Positions 50,001 through 62,000 of a stretch of 64,000 nt of DNA are shown one piece after another. How positions within the stretch are numbered: position 1 is the first letter of the stretch; every line of letters begins with the position of its first letter. Under the pieces are notes generated by a model, which saw nothing but the letters and a program-made list of their open reading frames with translations, was not told the origin of the DNA and searched no databases. The stretch comes from Diadema antillarum. Lineage: Eukaryota. The stretch spans positions 62,001 to 126,000 of the forward strand of contig NW_027271606.1 of NCBI RefSeq assembly GCF_040938485.1, read 5' to 3'. Position numbers and translations under genes: made by a program.

Positions 50001-53000
50001 TGATTCGACACTCAAGAAATTATCTGATTTTAGGATCATTATGCCTGTGTCTAGATCAAAATGAACTTCGATTCTAAGACTGCTAAAAAAAAAAGTGTCA
50101 CTGATGTAGATTTTTACAAACCTTGCAATCAGTCGTGCTAGCCTGGATGATATAGCTTCCAAGTCGCGCTTTCTCACCAGACTGGACCTCATTGCTACGA
50201 TCTATTACCATGTAATATCCTGCCGAGACAATACAAAATGTTTACATTTAGGTCATCTACACACATAATACAACCACACACACACATACATGTACATCCA
50301 TACTTTCAGCATAAATAGTTTACACTGGGCCCCATTCATGACACGTTGCTATGACAGCAGATCTTGCTGGAATGGCAAGTACCATGGTGATGACAAGAAT
50401 CCTCCTTCCCGATTGGTTGTTGCTATGGGAAGGTGCTACTGTATTCCAGCATGAGATATTGTCCTATTCACTTGTATTATGAAATGGGATGCCTTAATAA
50501 ATGAATAGATGATAAACACGTTTTCAAAGCACAGCACCCATACAGTAAATTCTATTGTGAGAATACTCATGTGTACACTTTTTATAATGATGTGAATTCC
50601 AAGAGAAGAGTAAAAGTGATTTTTGTACCAGATGCATCATCTTGGGTGTGGTCGTAGGTCAGTTTGGAGTTCTTGTTTGCCTGCACCAGCTCCCAGTCAA
50701 AGTCATCGGCGTCGTTGACCTGGACCCAGTCACACATGCTGCCCTCAAAGTTGCATTGTCTGTAGGAAGCTGTCAAGCATCGGGAGCAAGAGAGATAAAA
50801 GTATCAGGAGTGACCCACCTACATCACAAGGCCTGCCACACATCTTGTTAACCTGCTGAGGATGGGATAATTTTGCTACAACATATATTTTCCATAGACG
50901 CCTGCCCGGGTATACTTGGGACTCATCTTCAACAGGTTAAAATCGCGTTACCAGGACCAGTAACTTTCTCTATTTACTGCCATAGACATCACAGCCCATT
51001 GGCAATCGCCGATGCTGTAATCCTTTTTTTTTTTTCAACCTTTCCATCACAGCACTTTATGACTGGTACACATGTACCTCATTGTAAACATACTAAAAAA
51101 GAGACCAGAGGAATAAAATCAAGTCTAGCTGAAACAGGAATGGAAAATCAGGACTACCAAAGTCACCTCCTTTAAAACAGTATCTTGTTAAAAGTGAGCT
51201 CATTATAGCAGGGGTTCCATATAGCACTATAGCATATACACACATGCATAAAACTGATGCTAGCATGACACACACACAGAGGCACATACACTTATAGGAC
51301 TAACACACACAATTATATTAAAGTGGTTTGTATCTGAAGTATGCAATAGACTACACTCCCAGCCTTACTGCAGCTTGATTCGTCACTGCCCAGTGCATCG
51401 TCCATACAGCAGTCCTTGGCCATGTCGCACCGTTTCTCCTCAGGGTAGCAATTGTCCACCACGCACTGCAGCTGACCGACTGGACAGGACTGCGTGGAGA
51501 CCGCAAAGTAGCAGTTATCAAAGCGGATGTCGTCTATGGCGTAGCCTCCAGCTTGTTGGGAGGTCTGCTGGTTGCCGGCTTCAATCAGAATCTGTGGACA
51601 AAACAAGGCAGATGTCACCTGAATTAACTGACTGAGTCTCAGAAACCACTGTTCTGTGATTTGAAGCTGCATCTTTTAACTATTTTTTTGCTACTCATCG
51701 AAGTCTTTCATAAAATGAAAAAAAGAAAAAAAATCACAAATGGAATGGCATAATTAAATTTCATAGAATTTCAGACACAACACCAATTTGCTTTCTGTAT
51801 TTGCAATGTCTGTTTGTTGAGGAACAATGTGAAAAAATGAAAGTGATGGAAAAAAAAATACTGAATTATGTAAAAACGATCGTGCCTCAGTTTGAAAGGG
51901 GCACAAAGCATCTCAGTGTGAAAGGGGGGCACAGAGTCTCAATGTGAAAGGGGGCACAAAGAGCCTCCCTGTAGACCATACCTGGAAGTCTGTCAAACAA
52001 GGAAAGATTGGCACCACGACTTGTTTCCACTGAGTAATGAAGTTATTCCCATCGTCAATCTGCAACAGCGCCCTCTCCTGGCTGTCCACCCGCCGCCGGA
52101 TCTCCAGGTTGCCGTAGGTGGCGCCGTAGCTGTAGTACCAAAGCGAGATTTCGCAGTTGGTGCCGGCCATGCTGAACGTTGGGCTGACCAGGGCTGCCCT
52201 TTCATTTTGGCGACTGCTGGTGCCATCCACATAATAATAGATACCTGTGAGCAGGGAACCATCGGGATACTCTCTGTCAAACGACATCGCCCAAATTAGT
52301 ACAATACAGATCATGCCAGAATTGATGTAGTGATTTGATTGGTGTTACACTGCGCTGAAGTAGGATGCTAATCTTAAATGCTTTATTGATGCCTGGAATG
52401 TGTGTATGGCTGTCATATTCCTCCTTTGCATTGGCATTGTTACTACATCCTGGGACTGATCCTAGCCACAACAATTTGCTTGTGAATTAGCGTAGTCCTA
52501 CTACCATTACATGTTACGTACATGTACCTGCAATATCACGCTGAGATGGAAAAATCTTGCTTTGTTGAAAGGTTACAGTTAGGTTTGCCATCAAGCCATT
52601 TTGCACAATTTCTAGTATCACAGGTTTAATGGCTCCCACAGTAGGTCACAGAGTAGCAATCATGACTGTAATTGGTGCAGCCTAACAGACTGCCTGTCAG
52701 GCTGTCAACTACTGTACATGCCATACATTTGGCGAGTCTAATTTTTCACAAATCCGGAATTCCCAACAATTTCTTGAGTAGTTAAATTTGTGATTGCGGG
52801 GTACAGTACTGAACAGAGAAAACCTACATCATGTGTGTGCACGTCACATTCACGCCGGAATGAGGGTTAATATTTTTGCATGTCTTAAAATTTGCAAATA
52901 GCACCTGATGGATGGACTACCCAAAAACATAATGCCTCCGGCAACGCTTCATGGTGAGGCATAACAATGCAGTGTTCACCTAACAGTTCGAGAGTTGGGG

Positions 53001-56000
53001 ATTCAAGCCTTGATGAGATTCTAAGCACTGTGCGGTAGTGAGTTATCATACTATCCCCTCTAGATTGAGGCAAATACACTCTATGCCTCAGAAAGGAATG
53101 ATTATTGACTAATTGTGTTTCAGAGTCACAAGTCAAGGTCACAAACCTGTATCATGCCACAGATCCTATCTCACCTCCTTGGGTAACAACATGGTGGAGT
53201 AGTTAAATCCCTCGCTCAGTCACACCCAAAAATGAGGCAAAGATACTGACACCTGGTAGTTCACCCCACCATGAGTATAAGGTGGTTGGATAAAAGTTCA
53301 TTTTGCCATAATCAATTGTAATTTACCTGTTTGATGAGACTTTCACCTACTGAATCTTTAGGCTTCTTCAGATCGATCGCTACTGCAACAAAGAAAGTTG
53401 TTTTTCCACAAGGTGGTGCATGCCGCTCTGAGAGAATGGGATCATATATTGAAGAAAGCGAGTAGGCCTATTGCCCCAGGTCCCGGTTGAAAGTTTTTCC
53501 TTGTTGCTTGTGAAAGTGAATGGCTTCCTTATCCATCTTGAGGTTTTTACAGAATCTCTGGCTAGAATGGATGGATGGCAAAATGAACTTTTATCCAGTT
53601 GACAATTTAATCAGATGAATCTTTGCACCAATTTGAAGAATATTGGGTGTCTTCACCCCAGCACATCACGCTATACCACTATTAAAATTAATCACACCCT
53701 TCCCCACCCCACTCACTCACCAGCTGGGCTTCCTGTAGTGTGGTCAGAGTCTGGTCCAGTGAAGCTATCGGAGGCAGAGTTATTGTACCTTATCCAATCA
53801 AACTGATCACCGGTTGACTGGGACCAGGAGCACATGTCATCCTCAAAGTCACACACAGCAGCTGTTGGCAGACATCAGAGAAACAAACATCAACACAATA
53901 GATAAAGAATACTGTGAAACAGATGAAATACAGTTGGATGGACAGACAACTGGACAGACAAACAGAAAGGGAGTGACACGCAAACAAACATATATTTTAC
54001 ACATGCAACCATATCCCATACAAACAAGTTTGCACGTGAGTACATGCATATCAGCTTTTCCAATTACAAATTTGTATCTTTTCTATGTTTTTTCATTATC
54101 ATCAATCATAATTAAAAGGAAAAAAATACACACAAAAATATGGCAGCTAGTTTTCTACTTACTTACACTGCTTGTTCATATCAAATGAATTTGTACATAT
54201 CTGTTATCTGTCCAGTAGGGCCTACTATCTATCAAAAATATATATATTTGCTGTACATGTACTACGTGCAAGTTTTGAACTCCATACCAAGCAGAGTGTA
54301 ACTGAAGTACCAAAGTAATGATGTTGCCATCTTTTGTTACAGCTCTGCTTTACAAGAAATCCTTACAAAATCCTAACAGACAGTGGGTTGGAACCACAAA
54401 CACGAGCCTTGTTAGCAACTGTGTTCATAGATATTCAGGCTATATGAGGTTGCTTAGAACCAGTTTCCATGGCAATAAATGGCCAGGATATCACACTTTA
54501 GGACTCTATAACAGAGATGGTGCAGGATTGTAGTCAGTGAGAAAAGGCCTTTAACCTTTTAGGTGTAAATAAATTCGCTGTAACACACATTTTTCATGGA
54601 CTACTGCCTGTGTATACTCCTGATTGGTCTTCAAGGGGTTACTGTATATGCCATATAATTAGCCAGACTAAATTTTTGCGATCTGGGCTGCCCTACAATT
54701 TTGCAAGTGGTTACACATAAATTTGAGAGCTTGTAGTACAGTACTGAACAGAAAAATGAATTTGTGCACATCACACTCATATCAGAATCAGAGCCAATAT
54801 TTGTCCATGTCTTTAAATTAGCAAATAGCATCTGACTAGCAAATTCGAGAAAATAAAAACCTTGCAAAATATTCAGCATATACGGGAATACTCACGGCAG
54901 TCAGCCTCATCTGAGAGGTCATCACAATCGTAGACAAAGTTGCAGAAGCGTTCCATGTCAATACAGGTGCCATCGTCACAAGCTCTCTGGTTTGGATCTC
55001 CACAATGAGGGCTCCCTAGTATTGTACAATCAAAGAAAGAATGGCTGCTATCCATGCTAGGCTCTGAAAAATCATACTTGGTCCATTAAAGAAACTGGTG
55101 ACATATCTTATCAGGACATTTATATTGTATCACCCATGGACAATTAATTAACTGTGTTATTTTGTATGTTCTTATTTATTGTGTAAAGTACCAATGGTAG
55201 GTGCTTTACTACTTTGATCTTTAAATGTGATTGAAGTTGTTTTGTTTTTAAGAGGTGATAAATGAAAAGTCTCAGTTTTCAGTTTTCAGATGTGAGGAAG
55301 CTTTGTCTGCAAGGAAACCCATCACTCACCTGTGGGAGTCAAGGTATCGGGTAGAGTCTGATCGGGGTCTTTCATACAGCCTGGTGAGAAGACAATGTCA
55401 TCCAGAGCTATGCTATCATCATCACCACCACTTACTCCCTCAAAGTACACCTAGGGGTCACAAGCACATTGGAGAATGAAAAAAAAGATAGTGTAATGAT
55501 AATAATATTATCATACATCATAATACTATTATTATATTACAGAAGAATATATTGTGATCTCCTTTAACCAGGGTAGCCTCTTCAGTGTTGCGACTGCTCT
55601 GACCAGAGGGCTCTGCCATTAGTATTACCCTCGCACTGTTAGGTACCCATCTAGACACCTAGGTTGAAAGGGACATGGTGGATATAAACACTGTATAAAG
55701 ATGTAGGCTCATGAAGGCATTCAAACTCAGGACCTCTGATGGAAAGTCAGGAGTTCAATCTACTATTAAACTATAAAGTTTATGACATACAGCCGTAACT
55801 ACAGATATTTTTCTTGCAAATGGTCCAGTGTTCAAAACAAACCAGTTTGTGCATGGCTGTGCTGTTAAACAAAGCATGCCAAGTTGACAAGTCGTCAGCC
55901 AAGTTTGGTTTGTGAGCATGGAACACAAAGAGTATAAGTCTTGGGAAAAAATAAGTTAACTATTTAGTAGCGAGCTGGAAAGCATGGCTTACCATGAACT

Positions 56001-59000
56001 TCCTGCCAGAATTAAGAGGCACTGTGCCCTTGATCCACAGGTCACCCTGAGAGTTGGACATTGTCCACTGCTGGACTGGATCACCGCTGGTGGACGTTGT
56101 GGTGTACACGGTCAGTGACCGGACGTTAACTCCATACATGAAGTACCAGAACACCAACTGGAACAAAAAGGATTTGCAGAGGGAGCATTATCAGTTTGCT
56201 ACTGGACTGCGACTCTGGCTATTATAGACGTCCAATATCAGAAACACCAAAAAGTAGTGTAAGGAATGTTTTTCAAGACTGTATACAATCAAGATTATCA
56301 TCATGGAATGGGAATGTATCACATACGTCAGGGTGCATGTGCAGATACTATCATTACCAGGTATGTTGTTAAAGTTGGACCAATGATTAAATGGAATAGA
56401 AATTCTCATGAGTTTCATGGTACAGTGAAGTCGTGCAACTCATCTTTGTAAATACTAAAATATGTATAGAAATATCCACATTTATTAAACTGTTAAGTGA
56501 AATTCACAAGAAGTGGCCCAGCAAAAAAAAGAAAAGAAAAAAGAGTAATCATTGCACTGTTGCATTAAAAAAAATGCAATTAAACTTTAGTCAGAAAATC
56601 AAAGATAAGTCAGGTATCAGCCAGTCAGAATTGTGCATTCACAAACCTATGTTTGACCACAACTTTCATGCAACAGGGTCATGATTTCTAAGAAATTAGC
56701 CATTACCTGGCAGTCACCATCGTTAGCTGGCCTGGAAAGAACGATGCTGTTGAGTCGTGCCACTTTTCCCACATCAAATTCACCCGACACGAGGTAGCGA
56801 TAGTGACCTGTGAAAAACAAGGTGACACAAGAATGACTATAACTTTCACTCAGGAAAAAAACACAAAACAAAACTAGTCTATATATATCATATCTATAGT
56901 AAAGGAGAAATGCAACTTGTGGTTAATGTGGTTGCTAGGTCTGCTCCCACATAGCAACCAATCAGATATCAGCATCTAAGTCATCAAAGTGACTGCCATT
57001 CTTGCTTGGGGACTTACAAAAAAAATTACAACCTCTTGATAAGAGGTTAAGGATACATGCAGAGCAAAACAAACAACAACTCAAAAACAGCAAAACATTC
57101 TAACTTGAAACTAAATATTCTTCAATGACAAAGAAAACAAGGAACAAACAAACCAAACCCATTAGTGTACCTGTTCCAGAGTTGTAGGTGTGATCCACAC
57201 CAGGTGCCCCATCAAGGCTTCCTTGGTTACCAGACACCCAGGTCCATTTCAAGTCTGCAGTGCTGTCTTGCACCCAGTCACACACTGTCCCTTGCTCAAA
57301 GTTACACATGTCATATTTATCTGATCAGCAAGAAAAGAGAAGATTACACACATTAGCAGTACTCTTGTGATGATGAGCTAAGTTCTAACATTAACTACTG
57401 CAACAGTTCATCCTTTCTCTCAAAGGCAGCATTCCATGAGCTTCTTGTCCTTTTGAATGCTATTTCAGTTGGTTAGTGACATCATATACCCTAGAATTTC
57501 AAAAAAAACAAACTTTACAATGTGTTTTACTAAATGTCCTCTTTGCTTTTCTACTCATTTCCACAATAGCTGTGCTTGTCTTTTCAATGTTGTATTTAGT
57601 TATGTCTGTACATGTGTGATTATTGGTTTACAGCACTTTCTTAATGGTGATGTCAAAATTCTTTATAAATACTACTGTTTTGTTGTCCATGTTTGAATAA
57701 CTCTACAAATTCTTAAAACATCTAAAAACACCTAGGGTCTACCAACATTTCTACATAAAAATCAAGCAAACTCCAAAAGGTACAAGTAGGAAGATGATTG
57801 TATACTACATGCAATTCAAAAGGCAAATAACACCAAAATCCAAAGAGCCTTTTATATTCTATTGTCAGGACATGAAGAGAAATATTTCAAATTTTAGCAG
57901 AGCCTCCTACAGAGTCAAAGAGACTTTGCAGAATTTTTAAATTTGTGACATTTGTGCAGATCTAAATGAAAAGTAGACTGTAACCGATTCCATTTAATTT
58001 TTCTAAAATAGAGGATATGCAGTAAAATTCATGATTTTCAAATTTGATGCAGAATAGATTATCATATCTGCAGCAAAAATCGCCCCCAGGATGTAACACT
58101 TGATCCCAACCCCCAATGCAAATTTGGAGGCACAGCCTACCACAGGATTGTTCATCCGTTCTGTCCCCACAGTCATCGGCGTAGTCGCAGGCAGCCGTGT
58201 ACGGGACACAGATTTGGTTGTCACACAGAATCTCACACGGCGAGTAGGACTCAACTTTGCATTGGTCAAAGGTCACATCATCGATGGCCACGATGTCACT
58301 GGTTGACGTCACAAAGGCAGTAAAGAGGATCTTGGAAAGGGAGACAAAGAGTACTCTATCCATGAATAATTCCCACCTCAATTTACCTTGCACATTGTAC
58401 ATAGCAGAGATAATAACAATAATCATTACTGTTGCCATGATAATAAAATCAAAAGTAATAACAATTTTATTACTATCACTATATCATAATTATCATTATA
58501 ATTATCATCCTTATTGAGATCATGTACAAAACATGGTGTTAATAATGCTCATATTCATAATGAAAATAAATGATCAGAATTTCAGAATTTCAATGTCATA
58601 ACACACTTTTTAACAGCTACTTTAACCATGTAGCACCCATCAAACCTTTATGTTTTACATGCTAAGTTAAAGTCAACTTGAGGGCAAAGCATATCAAGTG
58701 TGTATACCTGATAGGAAGTAACGATGCGTCCAATTCCAACGGTCACTTGTGTCCAACTAGTTACTGACCAGCTTGGTCTGGACCAAAGTTGAGAACTCTG
58801 CCCATCAGATGTTAAGAGTTCCACTCTGAATTCATTACTCAGATCAGCCATCTTGGATAGCATTGGGGGGAATTCAAACATGAATTCATTACTCAGAACA
58901 GAACAGCCATCTTGGTTAGCATTGGGGGGAATTCAAACATGAATTCATTACTCAGAACAGAACAGCCATCTTGGATAGCATCAGGGGAAATCAAACATGA

Positions 59001-62000
59001 ATTCATTACTCAGAACAGAACAGCCATCTTGGATAGCATTGGGGGAAATCAAACATGAATTCATTACTCAGATCAGCCATCTTGGATAGCATTGGGGGGA
59101 AAGCAAGTGCAAGTTCAGATTACTCTATTGCATTAATTCTTTCTCCTATTTAAATAACCCTTTGTGTGCTGTGTGTGCTATGGGGCACAGAAAACTCTGA
59201 AGCATTGTACACACTGTATAAAGTTCCTGGCATATAAAGGATTAATGGCCATGGATAATTGAAATAATATATGATACAATGAGTATTTACAATACATCAA
59301 AGGATGAAATAATGAGTTTTAACCAGTGTTGATAAGATTAATGTTCATCAATGTTCAGTAATAATTTTCAATACTGCTGGTTAAAGGGTGTGTACAGTTC
59401 TGGTTGAGGTGAGGATTTAGCTTTTAACGCTTTGCGAGATATTCAGAAACCACTCTATGAGATGTCAAAGAGCATGCAATTCTAAGAGGTATCAAAAGTT
59501 TATTTGATGAAAATCGGTTTTGAAATGGCTGAGATATCCAAAAACAAGGTGAAACAAAGAGATCCTAATAAAGTTGTGGCCTGTCGCCTCTTATTATTAT
59601 CACTATTTTGGATATCTCAGCCATTTGAAAACCAATTTTCATCAAATAAACGTTGAATCCTTCTCAAAATTACATGCTCTTTCATATTTCATAAGACGTT
59701 TCTCATTATCTCACTTAAGAATGTTCAAAACATGAATCCCCATCTCAACCAGTACTGTACAGTCCCTTTAAGAGTAAACTGAAGTATCAATCTGCATGTA
59801 CAATTTGAACACTTTTTTTTTGTCAAATTGACAACACAACAGGTGGAGTTTACGTTCCTATGAATCAGTCATACTGCTATGAATCAGTCATCAAACTGTA
59901 TAAAATGTTCATGTTGTCACAATCCATCACTTGCTACCATTACTTAGAATTAATCCATTGTGTACTTTGAGTGCTGATTGAAACACAAATGAAATTAAAA
60001 AAAAACCCACACCATTGTATACACTGTCCAAAGTCCCAAGCACAGGTACATGTACATAACTCGAAAACTTGATGGTTACTCACCGAACACTTATACCAGA
60101 AGCTCATTTCACAGCTGACCGCACTGTCTGGTAGGTTTGAGGTGCTGAGAGTGGCCATCTCATCAAACTGACCGTTACCAGTGGTTATGGTCATGTAATA
60201 GCCTCCTGCAATATGATATTATTAAAAAGGAGATAATTTGATATGACTGCATTGTATCATAGGAGTCTCCAACAGGACCTGGTACAAAAATGCAGATACC
60301 ACAAAGGATTTGAATCTGAAACTTTCTGGCCAAGAGCCCTGAGATGCATCCAGCCGGCCATTTGGTTTGCATTCCCCAACCGTTTTTTCTCATATGCAGT
60401 CAGAGAATGATGTACATGTATCATTAATGAATGTTTAAGTACGTAGGGTGTTAGATGAATAGTAATCAAGGTGTTTGTTGAGTGTTGATTTTAGCAATTC
60501 AAGGGTCAGTTCTTACAAGTTAGTGAGGAAGTGCTCAGGAATTCTGCTGGAACTGAAAAGTATGAAATCAGTCATTCTACAGTAGGTATAAAACTGAGAT
60601 GCAAGTATGACATGATATTTAGCTTCCCACACTGAACTATCAAATGATACTAAATACAAAATTGCATTGCTTTGACTAACACTGCAATAACATCAACACT
60701 GAGGTGTAGACTGCCTACACAAACACATACTTTTTCATTCTCAGTGTAAGCTCTTTTGTGGTAAAAGAGAACTGATGTAAGCACTTTACACCGTAGTCAA
60801 CACTTTACACTACGCACGTACATCAGCAGTCAAGTGACACTCTCACAAAAGCATTAACAATAGTTAACATTTAACAGTACCTGCTGCCCATATGCAATGC
60901 AAACACCATTGGTAAATGTCAAACACAGTGCTCCAAACAAATACACAACGCATTCAAGAAGGAATACACAACACTACACTAACACTGAAAGATAACACAG
61001 AACACATTACCTGCTGCTTCAATTCCTGCTGCCAGTGCTGACGTGTCCTGTCCCCGGCCCCAAGCAAAGGCTCCAAAGCTCATGTCAATGTATCCACACA
61101 AGCCTTGTTCAAAGGAACAGGTTCCTGTATGCATAATACAGTAACATAAACAATAATGGTAATACCAAAGAAATCCTAGTAATCAGCATTTGTGAGTCAC
61201 ATACATGAAGCTGTAACTTGCTACGCTCTTTCTTCCAATGAACCAAGTCATTACAGTATTCCTAATCTAAAGTAGATGTTAAAGCACAGCTTTCTTCAAT
61301 CTTGGTTCAGAAAGGTTGATGGTGTTTTGTGAATAGTGCCACATGGATGTGTGTGTGTCAAATCACCTACTATCTGTTCAATTTTTCACAACATAGATGT
61401 GTATAATAAGAACAGAAATAAATACAGAAATGAGATTGTGATCTTGGGTAGATGTAAATGTACTGTCTCTTTTTCACAAAGAGAATTTTCATGATAACTG
61501 ATTAACTGATCAGGACACAGGACATGAATACGATAAATAATAAGAAAGCTGCAGAATAAATGATTTTGTTTCAAATTTTGTTTTGGTTTTTCTTTCCTTG
61601 TTTCTTTTGTTTTTGTTATTTTTTTCTGCTTTCATGAAGTGAAGCCGTCACCCTTTCAGTAAGTACTTATATTTTGATCAGCAGCTAATACTGGAAAAAG
61701 CATCATATTCCTGCAATGTATTCATGTTGAACTGACACAGAAAGATATCACACATTAGTAGACAGTATTGCTACCCAAAAGGTCTTTTAAACATTTTATG
61801 CTAATCTGAAGGCACTCTCGAGGGTCAAGGAGCCGCTTTGCAATAAGTAAGCGGACAAGTAACAGACTGAACAACTGAACAAATGTTAGTCATAATAATG
61901 GTTATGATAATCAAGATAATAAAATTCAAAGTTCTAATGCCACCACACTACTACTGACCACTGTTGTTGCTTCTACTACAACTACTACCACTACTACTGC

